Numbered from the stretch's first letter, positions 9,975 through 20,699 are shown. The stretch: DNA of 64,000 nucleotides from a bacterium (GCA_963675755.2 CAXXMD010000002.1:2336001-2400000), one strand, 5' to 3'. Notes: generated by a model from the sequence alone, not told the origin. Numbers and translations are program-made.

Positions 9975-10667
9975 ATGGATGAAAAATCCCGGGAATCTCT
10001 CCGGCACATCCGTGTACTCATCAACGACCTGGAACAACTGATTCCTAAATCCATTGACAGTGGATCCATAACACCTGCTGAACGTATACCTATTAAAACT
10101 GAACTGTTAATGGGTGTTTACTCGTGCCGTATTTATGAATTATCTCTATCGGCCTATAACCTGTTCCAAGACAGCAGGCACCTGCCTGCAATTATTATGA
10201 TTCGGGCAATTATGGAAACCACAGGTATGCTGAACTGGCTGCGTAAAAAGATCCATTATATTGTAAACCATGATGAACTTGGCAGTATGGATAATTTCCT
10301 CATGCGCATGATCTTTGGTAGCAGGTTGAATCCCGGTCTCAAAAAATCATACAATATTCTTGACGGTATAGACAAAATTAACAAAGAGACACCGGGTTTC
10401 CGCAAAGCCTACGATATTCTTTGTGAATACACACATCCCAACAGCGCAGGCACCTATTTCTCATATGTCACCCGGGACGATGAAAACGGCAAATTCCATT
10501 TACGCTTTAATTCGCACCACAATCCGGTTGATATCGGATTAGGGACCTTGAATAGCTGTCTTGAAATTGCAATTTTTTCTCTGAAACATATAAATGATAA
10601 TTTTAAAACATACATAGAAATCTGTGAAAATACTATTGGAGCAGAACCAGATACTGAGGACAAATAA
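9975..10667 (+). CDS. Hypothetical all-helical protein, DUF5677/HEPN-like
   Basis: AIIMIRAIME and YDILCEYTHPN motifs; RBS GGAG; TAATG overlap with next gene. Confidence 0.55.
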   Translation: MDEKSRESLRHIRVLINDLEQLIPKSIDSGSITPAERIPIKTELLMGVYSCRIYELSLSAYNLFQDSRHLPAIIMIRAIMETTGMLNWLRKKIHYIVNHDELGSMDNFLMRMIFGSRLNPGLKKSYNILDGIDKINKETPGFRKAYDILCEYTHPNSAGTYFSYVTRDDENGKFHLRFNSHHNPVDIGLGTLNSCLEIAIFSLKHINDNFKTYIEICENTIGAEPDTEDK

Positions 10668-11395
10668 TGAGATTACACTATTTTCAACATGTACCTTTTG
10701 AAGACCTGGGCAGTATTAAAGACTGGGCATTGAATAAGAATATGGAAATTACAAGCACCCGTTTTTACAAAGGAGAAACACCCCCCGAACCGGAAGAGTA
10801 TGACTGGCTGGTTGTAATGGGCGGTCCTATGGGGATTTATGATTACGAACTGTATCCCTGGCTCAAATCGGAAAAAAGGGCCATACGCAAGGCCATCAAA
10901 GACAACAAAACTATACTGGGTATTTGCCTTGGCGCCCAGCTTATTTCAGATGTATTGGGCAGCCAGGTAACCCAAAATCCCGAAAAAGAGATTGGCTGGT
11001 TTCCTATTATCAAAAATGAAAAAGCGGACCAATCTCCTATCGCTGCTTTTTTGCCTCAAGAGACAATTGCGTTTCACTGGCATGGAGACACATTCCCCAT
11101 TCCCGAAGGTGCTGTGCCCCTTGCTTCGAGTGAGGCTTGCAAAAACCAGGGATTCATCTACAATGACAGAATCGTCGGGCTGCAATTCCATCTCGAATCA
11201 ATTCCTAAAAGTGTGCAACTATTAATCGACAATTGTCGTAACGAGCTGGTTAAAGCTCCATTTATCCAATCGGTGAAAACATTACAAACCGATGAATATT
11301 TTCCCCATATCAATGCCATTATGGAATCACTTTTGGAAAAATTGTATGCAAACATAACCATTGATGTTCAAGAATCCCCCAATACTCGTGAATAA
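10667..11395 (+). CDS. Type 1 glutamine amidotransferase (GATase1)
   Basis: MGGPM, GICLGAQL nucleophile, WHGD, GLQFHLE. Confidence 0.9.
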   Translation: MRLHYFQHVPFEDLGSIKDWALNKNMEITSTRFYKGETPPEPEEYDWLVVMGGPMGIYDYELYPWLKSEKRAIRKAIKDNKTILGICLGAQLISDVLGSQVTQNPEKEIGWFPIIKNEKADQSPIAAFLPQETIAFHWHGDTFPIPEGAVPLASSEACKNQGFIYNDRIVGLQFHLESIPKSVQLLIDNCRNELVKAPFIQSVKTLQTDEYFPHINAIMESLLEKLYANITIDVQESPNTRE

Positions 11396-11453
11396 TTGTT
11401 ACTCGTAATTTGTTCACTAACAAAAGCAAATGACAAATTACATTGAGGATGAT

Positions 11454-12095
11454 ATGATTGTTAAACAATTTCGCACCGGAGGAGACCGGAATTTTGGTTA
11501 TCTGATTGCCGATGAAGAATCCAAACAGGCGGTTATTATTGATCCGTCTTACTCTCCGGATATGCTGGTAGATTATGCTGAGGAAAATAATTTAACAATC
11601 CGTTATATTTTCATCACTCATGATCACTATGATCATACAAACGGTAACCAGGCAATTTACAAGCGAACCGGAATCAAACCTCTTTTGTATGGGAGTCAGG
11701 AAGAACAAAGCGGCAAAAAAATCTCGGACAATACTGAACTGCCGCTGGGCAGCCTGACAGTAAAAATAATCCATACTCCCGGGCATACACATGAATGTAT
11801 GTGTATATTGGTTGGAGATGCTCTATTTACCGGAGATACATTATTTGTGGGCAAGATTGGTGGTACCGATTTTGGCAAAGCGGCAAAAGTAGAATATGAA
11901 TCTTTGCATAATAAACTTTTGGTTCTGCCTGATCACATTCGCGTCTTTCCGGGACATGATTATGGTACAGATCCGGAATCCACAATAGGACATGAGAGAA
12001 AAACCAACCCCTTTCTCATACAACCGGATTTTAACTCGTTTGTGGAACTAAAGCGCAATTGGGGCGCGTACAAGGCAAAACATGGCATTAAATAA
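11454..12095 (+). CDS. MBL-fold metallo-hydrolase (glyoxalase II-like)
   Basis: THDHYDH, HTPGHT, FTGDTLF, PGHDY; start moved to ATG 11454 after GAGG. Confidence 0.88.
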   Translation: MIVKQFRTGGDRNFGYLIADEESKQAVIIDPSYSPDMLVDYAEENNLTIRYIFITHDHYDHTNGNQAIYKRTGIKPLLYGSQEEQSGKKISDNTELPLGSLTVKIIHTPGHTHECMCILVGDALFTGDTLFVGKIGGTDFGKAAKVEYESLHNKLLVLPDHIRVFPGHDYGTDPESTIGHERKTNPFLIQPDFNSFVELKRNWGAYKAKHGIK

Positions 12096-12124
12096 AAAAA
12101 GCCGTGGTATTTAACCACGGCTTT
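12094..12124. terminator. Bidirectional intrinsic terminator
   Basis: AAAAAAAGCCGTGGT-ATTTA-ACCACGGCTTT between convergent genes. Confidence 0.8.
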
Positions 12125-12129
12125 ATTGT

Positions 12130-12984
12130 TTAAAAGAAACTGTAACTCAGCCCAACAGCAAGCGCCTGTTTTAACTGCCGCTTTTTGGAAACATCCTTGT
12201 CATATATCATTTTAACATTAAAATTCATATTCACATATTGAGATACCTTGGCGGTTAAAACCGTATCCCAGTTTACATCAATCTCGTCAAAAGCAACCAG
12301 ATTGGAAAACAGTTCCAGCTTTGATGTAAGTTTACTGGTTTTGGTAATATTGATATCCAGATCAGTAACCGATTCCATACCATACTCGAAACGGTTCTTT
12401 TCTATCTTGTCCGTTGCAGGATCATCTGCAAAAGGTACAGGATAGTCATTAGTAATGGTCTGTTTTAACGACGCACCCAAACGTGTACCAATTGAGGGTT
12501 TGGGTTTAAATCCAAATCCTATACTTTCTCTAAAATAAAGTGGATCAATAAGATCAGATATTTGTACTTTGGGGTCTTTTTTATAATTATATCCCGGCGC
12601 AAACTGGGTTTCACCCGTTGCCGCAACAAAGGGATCAATTGCAATACCCAGTTTACAGGTGTAAACTGACTCGAGTTTTATTTCGTCAATGGACTTTTTC
12701 ATCTCATCATCATTGACCTTGTTCATACCATAATTCAGTTTTCCGCTGTTAACCCAGTTATGATGTTCCTGATCATTTTCAAATTTAAAATTGTAATTTA
12801 ATTGCCAGGCCAGAGTATTTTCACCACCCTGTACATAATTGTCAAAACTGGTTTGGGTTAAATTTACGCCCACTGCCATCTCTTTTTTCCAGCCATATTT
12901 GTTTGCTGTAGAGTCAGCATCCTGAGCGATTAATGATGTGGACAGCAATAAAACTGCTGCTACTGCAATAATATACTGTTTCAT
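12130..12984 (-). CDS. DUF3078-like outer-membrane beta-barrel protein
   Basis: Signal peptide, NLTQTSFDNYVQGGEN, KSIDEI, C-terminal aromatic GLSYSFF. Confidence 0.75.
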   Translation of the reverse strand: MKQYIIAVAAVLLLSTSLIAQDADSTANKYGWKKEMAVGVNLTQTSFDNYVQGGENTLAWQLNYNFKFENDQEHHNWVNSGKLNYGMNKVNDDEMKKSIDEIKLESVYTCKLGIAIDPFVAATGETQFAPGYNYKKDPKVQISDLIDPLYFRESIGFGFKPKPSIGTRLGASLKQTITNDYPVPFADDPATDKIEKNRFEYGMESVTDLDINITKTSKLTSKLELFSNLVAFDEIDVNWDTVLTAKVSQYVNMNFNVKMIYDKDVSKKRQLKQALAVGLSYSFF

Positions 12985-13062
12985 ATGTTCTCCATTTATT
13001 GTTTTATAATATTAGACAAAAAAATGTAGCAAACATTCCATTTTTTTATTTTATTGAAAAAA

Positions 13063-14235
13063 TTAAAACAAATTCCCAAATGTAGCATAGATTGCAAAAG
13101 ATCGATATTTGGAATATCCTATATCCAACGCTCCCACAAAATCCTTATTCCATTTAACATGGAGGCCCATACCCCGGGTAAAATGAAAATCAGAAATCGT
13201 TTTCTTTTCTTCATTCAACCAGATTCTTCCCGCATCCACAAAACCATGAATATAACTTGTAAAATCTTGTTTTAAAATTGTCACTTTTAAAACTCTGCAA
13301 CGCAATTCAAAATTCCCCATAAATTTATTGGGTCCTATCAGAAAAAAACGCGGCAGCCCACGCAGACTATAACCTCCGCCCAAGCCTTCTCTGCGTTGAT
13401 AAGAACTGCTGAAAAACGACATTTCATAAAAAGGAGGATCACCCGGCATGGTCTCGAACATGAGTCGCTGCGCGTAAACCAGACGGGGATGCAAAGAAAA
13501 GTATCTACGGTCAGTAAAAGTTGCCCGCCAGTACGAATACTCACCACCCAATGCTTTAACGGATTTTTCAATCAAAAATTCTGTCCAAAATCCTTTACTG
13601 GGTACAGATTCGGAGTCACGCTGATCATACACAACACCTAGTTGGAAATAATTGGAAATACCTCCCTCTATCCCAAAAGGACTTTCTTCATCATAAAGAG
13701 TAGTTCCTTCATGGTTTGCAACATCAGTATCATAGTATCCTAATCCGGCTAATCCTTTTAATCCATCCCTGAACAATGGAAACTGCAACTTGGCCATAAC
13801 CGCCAGCCACTTGCGCTTGTACTTGTAATAATTTTCATCAATAAACAATGCATCATCCGCTTCTTTAAACTCGCGGTGATAATCAATATCATTCCCAATT
13901 CCAAGATAATCATCATAGACGAACCGCTTGGAATCAAAAAAAATATCAAAGCGTGAATTGGGACCTATAATTTCTGGTACATCCCAAAAGACGAAAATAT
14001 CACGACGCTGTTCAGTGGTTACACTGTAATTCATAACCAGGTTCCACTTGTAGGGTTGAACACTGCCATCGCCATATTGATACAAAAAGGCTCTGCCGCC
14101 ATATTGCAAACCTTCACCACTGCTGTATGCCAGCGTTGGTAATCCCGCAATACTGAGCCCAGTTGAATTCGATTCAGCTTCCAATGCAACACAATACATT
14201 AATAGCACAAGAATAAATACTACTTTTCTTTTCAC
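13063..14235 (-). CDS. Omp85/BamA-superfamily barrel without POTRA domains
   Basis: Signal peptide, YDQRD...PSKG, GLGGGYSLRG lid motif, C-terminal GNLF; only 390 aa. Confidence 0.8.
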   Translation of the reverse strand: MKRKVVFILVLLMYCVALEAESNSTGLSIAGLPTLAYSSGEGLQYGGRAFLYQYGDGSVQPYKWNLVMNYSVTTEQRRDIFVFWDVPEIIGPNSRFDIFFDSKRFVYDDYLGIGNDIDYHREFKEADDALFIDENYYKYKRKWLAVMAKLQFPLFRDGLKGLAGLGYYDTDVANHEGTTLYDEESPFGIEGGISNYFQLGVVYDQRDSESVPSKGFWTEFLIEKSVKALGGEYSYWRATFTDRRYFSLHPRLVYAQRLMFETMPGDPPFYEMSFFSSSYQRREGLGGGYSLRGLPRFFLIGPNKFMGNFELRCRVLKVTILKQDFTSYIHGFVDAGRIWLNEEKKTISDFHFTRGMGLHVKWNKDFVGALDIGYSKYRSFAIYATFGNLF

Positions 14236-14246
14236 ACCTTTACCCG

Positions 14247-15050
14247 TTATTTTTGTATAGTGACTGATAAAAAGGAATCCAGATTGAACCGGTTCGCGAT
14301 GATTTTAACAAAAGATTTGGCTGGATTATTCTGCCCCGGATATTGAATGTGTAAATTTTCTACAATGCTGAATCCAGCCTTGTTCGCCATATGGCACAAC
14401 GAAGACATTGTAAAAAAAGACAAATGGTAGCGGGGATGATTACCCCCCTGCCATTTATTCTGCATAGGTGATATTTTAAATTTCAGACTGTTCAGATTGG
14501 GGACTTCAATAAATATAATCCCATTATCATTCAGCATGCCATAAAGGGTTTCCAATACAGACAAAGGATCATAAAAATGCTCAAGTACATGCCACATTAC
14601 AATAATATCAAAAGTTTCATCGGGTTGCGGCATTTTCTCAAAGTCAGAAACTGCTACATCCAACTTGTAATGCAGTCCTGCATAGTGAGCGGCTTCAGCA
14701 GAAATTTCAATACCTTTTACCTGGTAACCTGCTTGCCTGGCAATATTTAAAAAATATCCCCTTCCGCAGCCAAGTTCCAACAAAGAACCGTTTTTTCGGT
14801 ACTGTTTCAAAGTATCCAGGCGTGTCTGAAAAATATCAAATGACTGCTGGTCTTGAACATCCGTGCAGGTTTCTGTCACAATCTCAGAATTGTGATGATA
14901 TTTTTCATATACATCGGCATCAACAGAATCCTGTGAGGGACTCAGGGTATATACAAATCCACAGGATTTGCATCCCACAACACTCAATTCATCTGCAGTG
15001 TATTTTAAGTTATATTTTTTATGATGACACAGTGGACAATGACGTTCCAT
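14247..15050 (-). CDS. Class I SAM-dependent methyltransferase with N-terminal CxxC zinc ribbon
   Basis: CPLC...CKSCG, LLELGCGRG, MWHVLEH, IEVPN. Confidence 0.85.
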   Translation of the reverse strand: MERHCPLCHHKKYNLKYTADELSVVGCKSCGFVYTLSPSQDSVDADVYEKYHHNSEIVTETCTDVQDQQSFDIFQTRLDTLKQYRKNGSLLELGCGRGYFLNIARQAGYQVKGIEISAEAAHYAGLHYKLDVAVSDFEKMPQPDETFDIIVMWHVLEHFYDPLSVLETLYGMLNDNGIIFIEVPNLNSLKFKISPMQNKWQGGNHPRYHLSFFTMSSLCHMANKAGFSIVENLHIQYPGQNNPAKSFVKIIANRFNLDSFLSVTIQK

Positions 15051-15062
15051 ACTTTTTCCCTA

Positions 15063-16589
15063 TCAGGGTATTGCTGCTTTCATGATTGTTTCTTCAGTAG
15101 CTTCTTTTGCAGAGAATTCTGCTGTTTTGCAGCCCTCTGCCATAACCAAAATTCTGTCCGAAATCCCCATAATTTCCGGTAATTCGGATGATGCCATGAT
15201 GATACTCAATCCCTCTTTTACCAGATCGTCAATCAGGGCATAAATTTCACGTTTTGCATTTACATCAATTCCGCGGGTAGGTTCATCGAGCAGCAGGATT
15301 TTGGGATTTGTTGCCAGCCACTTGCCCAAAATAACTTTTTGCTGATTGCCGCCACTCAGATTGTCTACCATTTGCCGCAATGACGGTGTTTTTATATTAA
15401 GCTTTTCGACATATTCTTTGGCTTGTTTGTCTTGCAAGCGATTCTGTAAAAACAAAGCACGTTCGGATTTTTTCAAACTGGCAAGATTGATATTGTCCAT
15501 CACACTCATAATCCGTACCAGTCCACGGGTTTTTCTATCTTCCGGTACAAAACCAATTCCCGAATAAATGGCTTGTTTGGGGTTCCGGATTTTCACCGCC
15601 TCATTATCGATAGAAATATCTACCTGCGACGCTGTAGGATGAAGCCCAAACAGGGTTTCCAGCATTTCTGTTCGCCCGGCTCCCATCAGTCCAAAAATCC
15701 CAAGAACCTCTCCCTTGTTGACGTGAAAACTCACATCTTTGACAGAAAATTTATTCTTGATAGTAGGATGACGCAAAGAACAATTACTGACAGTCATCAT
15801 TTTATCCTGATTGACTGTATGGGTACGAGGATATAAATCTTTTAATGGCCGACCGACCATATTCTGAATGACTTCATCAGCAGTCACATTTTCCGTATCA
15901 AAATTCTTGACCACCTTGCCGTCACGTAGTACGGTTATACGATCAGAGATGCGGAACAATTCATCCATCTTATGGCTGATATAGATCACGGTTACGTCCT
16001 GTTCGGTCAACTGCCGGATCAATTTAAACAATAGCTCTACTTCTTCATCACTAATCGCCGATGTAGGTTCATCCATGATCAGGATACGGGATTGCATGGA
16101 CAGCGCTCTGCCAATTTCAATGATCTGCTGCTGACCAACCCTGAGAAAAGAAACCCGTGTTCGCGGATCCAGATCGAGGTTCAAGGTTTTCAAAATCTTT
16201 TCGGTTTCCTGGTACATGTGGCGATAGTCCAGCATGCCCAGAGGTTTCAAGGGCTCACGCCCTAAAAAAATATTTTCAGCAATACTGAGATTAGGCACCA
16301 GGTTCAGCTCCTGGTAAATAATGCCAATACTGCTCTTGTGGGCTTCTTTGGTATTTGAAAAACGGATCGGTTTACCATCCAGGAAAATATCTCCCTCATA
16401 ATCAGTATAAACCCCTGAAAATATCTTCATCAATGTGGATTTACCGGCACCATTCTCACCGATCAATGCGTTCACCTTGCCGCGATGGACCTGAAAGCTC
16501 ACATCATCCAGCGCAACTACCCCCGGAAATTTCTTGGTTACGTTACGGGCTTCTAATATAATTTTGCCGTTAACTGGTTCTCGTGTCAT
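15063..16589 (-). CDS. Monosaccharide ABC transporter ATP-binding protein (RbsA-like, two NBDs)
   Basis: GENGAGKSTLMK, MDEPTS, SHKMDE, LSGGNQQKV, DEPTRGID, SSELPE. Confidence 0.92.
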   Translation of the reverse strand: MTREPVNGKIILEARNVTKKFPGVVALDDVSFQVHRGKVNALIGENGAGKSTLMKIFSGVYTDYEGDIFLDGKPIRFSNTKEAHKSSIGIIYQELNLVPNLSIAENIFLGREPLKPLGMLDYRHMYQETEKILKTLNLDLDPRTRVSFLRVGQQQIIEIGRALSMQSRILIMDEPTSAISDEEVELLFKLIRQLTEQDVTVIYISHKMDELFRISDRITVLRDGKVVKNFDTENVTADEVIQNMVGRPLKDLYPRTHTVNQDKMMTVSNCSLRHPTIKNKFSVKDVSFHVNKGEVLGIFGLMGAGRTEMLETLFGLHPTASQVDISIDNEAVKIRNPKQAIYSGIGFVPEDRKTRGLVRIMSVMDNINLASLKKSERALFLQNRLQDKQAKEYVEKLNIKTPSLRQMVDNLSGGNQQKVILGKWLATNPKILLLDEPTRGIDVNAKREIYALIDDLVKEGLSIIMASSELPEIMGISDRILVMAEGCKTAEFSAKEATEETIMKAAIP

Positions 16590-16779
16590 GTATTTCCTAA
16601 ATCTGGTTTCTTTTGCATAAATAAACGCATAATTTATGAAAAAATAAACAATAATCTTTATTATAAAAGATTAATGATCCCAAATTGAATTTATTTTTTG
16701 ATTTTCAATCCCTTTTTTAGTACATTCACTTATTATCATGAAAATCGTAGTAAATTCATTATAGTATCGGAGGTGAACA

Positions 16780-17914
16780 ATGAAATCGCATTTGTTTAAA
16801 ATAGCGGTTTTTGTTTTTTCATGTTTTATTGTTTCATGCACCACTAACCAGAAAGGCGGATCCATGATCACATCAGAACCATTTGGCACAACCCCGGACG
16901 GCCAGTCCGTTGAATTATATACCTTGAAAAACGATAATGGTATGCAAGCCACTGTCATGACGTATGGCGCCACTCTGGTTTCACTGACTGCACCGGATAA
17001 AAACGGCGAGTTTATTGATGTATTGCTGGGTTATTATGATCTGGACAATTTTGTAAAAAGAGGCAGTTATTTTGGAACAGTTGTAGGACGCTATGGCAAC
17101 CGAATTGCTAATGGTAAATTCAGCATCGATGGCACCGAATACACCCTGGCTGTCAATAATGGTCCCAACCATCTGCATGGCGGATTAAAAGGCTTTGATA
17201 AAAAAGTATGGGGTGGAAAAATTGTAACCACGGATGAAGGTGAAGCAGTTCAACTGCATTATCTCAGTAAAGATGGTGAAGAAGGGTATCCCGGTAATTT
17301 GGATGTTACCGTGACCTATTCGCTTTCTAATGACAATGCGATCAAGATAGCATATTATGCAACTACGGATAAAAAAAACCGTAGTAAACCTGACCAACCA
17401 CGCCTATTTTAACCTGCGCGGTTCCGGCCAGATTCTGGACCATGTAATGATGATCAATGCTGATAAATTCACTCCGGTTGATGACACCCTCATCCCTACC
17501 GGCGAACTGCGTCCGGTCAAAGGCACTCCCTTTGATTTTCTTACTCCTACAGCAGTGGGCGCTCGAATTGACGCAGATTATGAACAGAATCAATTCGGTG
17601 GCGGTTATGACCATAATTTTGTTCTCAATAAAGACGGTGAACAACCCACGCTGGCAGCGCGAGTGTATGAACCTGAAACCGGTCGTGTGATGGAAGTCTA
17701 TACCGATGAACCGGGTGTTCAGTTCTATACCGGCAACTTTTTAGATGGCACTATTACCGGCAAAAACGGTACGGTTTATGAACGTCGCAGCGGTCTTTGT
17801 CTCGAAACCCAGCACTATCCGGATTCACCGAACCAACCCGATTTTCCGTCAGTCATCCTCGAACCGGGTCAGGAATACAATACCCGCACTATTTATAAAT
17901 TCAGTGCAAAATAA
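16780..17914 (+). pseudogene. galM: Aldose 1-epimerase (mutarotase), lipoprotein signal; split by a +1 frameshift at an A8 run
   Basis: First frame GRYGNRI, NHLHGG, EEGYPG; second frame [25 protein letters not shown]8 at 17371-17378 where A7 restores [12 protein letters not shown]. Confidence 0.85.
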
Positions 17915-17932
17915 TTTTCATACCAAATCATC

Positions 17933-17965
17933 AAAAAAAAGCGGGCCTTTGGGTCCGCTTTTTTT
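17933..17965 (+). terminator. Intrinsic terminator after galM
   Basis: A8-GCGGGCC-TTTG-GGTCCGC-T7. Confidence 0.85.
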
Positions 17966-18149
17966 ATTCTCATAATTGCTTTAAATAACAACATATATTA
18001 CAAATCTCTCCTTTTCCTGTTGATATTCATATTAAATATTAATAAATATAAAATTATTTTTTCACCCACATTACATATTTATAAATTAACAAACAGAAAT
18101 TCACAACAATAGCAATTGGGGTACTGTTGATTTTGGAAAGGGGTAACAA

Positions 18150-20318
18150 GTGAAACGCTCGAACATCCGTATAGCAGTATTGTTTTCAAGTTTATTTTTT
18201 ATTTTTTCTGTCTTTGTTAATTGCTCTGATGATCCTGTTTCACCTCAAGAGACGGATACAGATAAAGCAATTGCCAGCGAAACCATCGGCGCTTCTGGTG
18301 GCAAAATTGAAACAGAAAACATATCAATAGAGGTTCCCGCCGGGGCTCTTGAGCAAAGTAATACTATCAGCATTTACGAGCACCAGGATGACGATATATT
18401 TGCCGAAAACGGCAATTCGATGGTCATGGAAATTCAGGGACTACCGGAGACAATCAAGATTCCCCTTACAATCAAGATGAAAACCGATGACACCCTTGAT
18501 GAGAACTGTTATCTCGCTTTTGGCAGATTGTCAATTAATGAATCCATTCTGGATTCATCTCTGGTTTACGATTTGTACCCAGCCCGGGATTCTTCCGGTT
18601 ATCTCATTGGAGAATTACCGGCGACCTCTAAAAATGGATTGTCCAAATTAAATAAAACCGATTTTGGGATTTATGATCCTGCTTCGTGGCTTGTCAAAGC
18701 TGTCATTCAAACACATATTAGAACGACAGAACATTTTGAAATTTATTACCCGATCTCGTTAAGCGATAAAGTAAATGTTCTTGAGCAGGAACTTGAAAAA
18801 GTTTACGATTTATTTGACCAGGACCTGGGGTTGTCATTGGATCTCAACAATAATCGCTGGAAAATATGGATCAAAGTACAACAATCCACAATCTTATCCT
18901 ATTTCGGTAATGATGTTCCTTTATTAAATATCAGTCGAGACAAATTAAACAAAAGTGAATTTGAATCTATCCGCAAATCTTTGGCTGCCAATTTTGTTCA
19001 TTTTTGTGCAAGGCAAAGCCTGCCTGTAGCAATAAAAAATGATATTGCCAGCCATTATTGGCTGGAAGCTGCCGTATCCGCGTGGATACAGGAATTTTTA
19101 ACAGAAAGCACATTTACCCAACCGGATGAGCTTGTTGAAAATGCAATGTCCCCCTTTAATGGATTACGAGCAGGTGCCGGCACACTACCGGATGTTGAAA
19201 AAATCCATAATCATGGTGTGGGCTTGGCTACGTTGATTAAATTTTTGACAGAGCATGATAAAGCAGGAATATCCAGTATTGCACAATTATATGCGAATGT
19301 AAATGATGGTTTTAATCCCGCGGGTGCAGTACACTATTATGCCAGTGAAAAGCTTGGTGAACTATGGTGGGCAGAGTATCTCCAAGCCCTTTTGGAAGGA
19401 GAAATTTATGAAATGGATTTCAACTATTTTTTAAACAATGCGCATGGAATAGCAAATATAAACACTTTTCCTGTCACCAAAACATTTTCTTCAACAGATG
19501 CTTCAATCGGTCCCTATCCTGATATATCTGCCAAAATGTTCAAAATCAATCTGAGCTCTGGTGAAATTGATCCGTCGTATCGCATGCTGTTGAGTGCAAC
19601 CGGCCCCGCCGATAACTCTCACCTGGCATTCATAGTCTATGCACTCAAGGGCTCAAATTATGAATATCTTGGAACAGCTTATGAACAGGATGTAACAATC
19701 CCGGATTTGAAACAGTATTATGATGAGGGTTTCACACAGTATTTGGTTGTGGTTGTGAACAATAACGCATTAACATCTTTTCTTGGTGAAACCAATATCG
19801 ATTTTACCATTGATGTTGGTCCAGCCGGAGGAGGCGGCGGTGGAAACGGTAATGACCTGACATATAACCGATGTATTGTTGACGCCCATTTTTACGGTAC
19901 CTATGAATCAACCCGAAATGGACCGGTTGAGACGTATACCGATTATAAACAATTCGGATCGATTAAAATTGAGGGTGGATTTATGGGAAACACCTTTTCC
20001 GGAATTCATGATGATGGATACGGGACCACCGAAACAGTTCTGGTAACCTTGAACGATGATCACACAATGGTAACATCCGTGAGTTGGGTAAAAGAATATA
20101 AATATGATGATTTGGGTCTCTATGAGATTTTGGGTTTTACAGCTTCCAATATCCCCATTAATCCAGATGACGAAAATAAATTCGAGATCAGAGGCAATAG
20201 TGCATGTGATGAATTTACCGTATATGACAACTGGACTTCAGATGACAGTTATATCAAAATGACTGATCATTATTGTGATGAAAATAGTTTGATCTATATT
20301 TCATTTTCTGAAGAATAG
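18150..20318 (+). CDS. Large lipoprotein: ZU5-like N-domain, degenerate zinc-peptidase-like middle, Gly linker, C-terminal beta domain
   Basis: GTG start with AAGGGG RBS, lipobox FVNC, ETIGASGGKI...IEVPAGAL, GGGGGG linker. Confidence 0.65.
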   Translation: MKRSNIRIAVLFSSLFFIFSVFVNCSDDPVSPQETDTDKAIASETIGASGGKIETENISIEVPAGALEQSNTISIYEHQDDDIFAENGNSMVMEIQGLPETIKIPLTIKMKTDDTLDENCYLAFGRLSINESILDSSLVYDLYPARDSSGYLIGELPATSKNGLSKLNKTDFGIYDPASWLVKAVIQTHIRTTEHFEIYYPISLSDKVNVLEQELEKVYDLFDQDLGLSLDLNNNRWKIWIKVQQSTILSYFGNDVPLLNISRDKLNKSEFESIRKSLAANFVHFCARQSLPVAIKNDIASHYWLEAAVSAWIQEFLTESTFTQPDELVENAMSPFNGLRAGAGTLPDVEKIHNHGVGLATLIKFLTEHDKAGISSIAQLYANVNDGFNPAGAVHYYASEKLGELWWAEYLQALLEGEIYEMDFNYFLNNAHGIANINTFPVTKTFSSTDASIGPYPDISAKMFKINLSSGEIDPSYRMLLSATGPADNSHLAFIVYALKGSNYEYLGTAYEQDVTIPDLKQYYDEGFTQYLVVVVNNNALTSFLGETNIDFTIDVGPAGGGGGGNGNDLTYNRCIVDAHFYGTYESTRNGPVETYTDYKQFGSIKIEGGFMGNTFSGIHDDGYGTTETVLVTLNDDHTMVTSVSWVKEYKYDDLGLYEILGFTASNIPINPDDENKFEIRGNSACDEFTVYDNWTSDDSYIKMTDHYCDENSLIYISFSEE

Positions 20319-20327
20319 ATATAAAAA

Positions 20328-20353
20328 GGGCGGACACTCAATTCCGCCCCAGT
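20328..20353. repeat. REP-like palindrome copy 1
   Basis: GGGCGGA-CACTCAAT-TCCGCCC-CAGT. Confidence 0.65.
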
Positions 20354-20426
20354 TAATAGTTACAAAACAATTGCTGTATTGGTAATATATAATTATATTA
20401 ACATTATTATAAAAATCTTTAAGAAA

Positions 20427-20699
20427 ATGAAAAAATACAAAAAAATACCTGATTTCAAATCAGAAAAAGAAGAACAGAAATTCTGGTCAACGCACGATTC
20501 AACAGAATTTATCAACTGGGACAACGCAGACCAGGTAACGTTAACAAATCTCAAACCGAGTACAAAAACCATATCACTACGTTTACCTGAACATATGTTG
20601 GACCAACTTCGAACTCTGGCAAACAAAAGAGATGTACCATACCAATCTCTGATCAAGATATTTCTTAAGGAACGTATTGACCGCGAATTTGAAAAATAA
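20427..20699 (+). CDS. BrnA/CopG-family (RHH) type II antitoxin
   Basis: KIPDFKSEKEEQKFWSTHDS...TKTISLRLP...LANKRDVPYQSLIK; start set at ATG 20427. Confidence 0.85.
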   Translation: MKKYKKIPDFKSEKEEQKFWSTHDSTEFINWDNADQVTLTNLKPSTKTISLRLPEHMLDQLRTLANKRDVPYQSLIKIFLKERIDREFEK

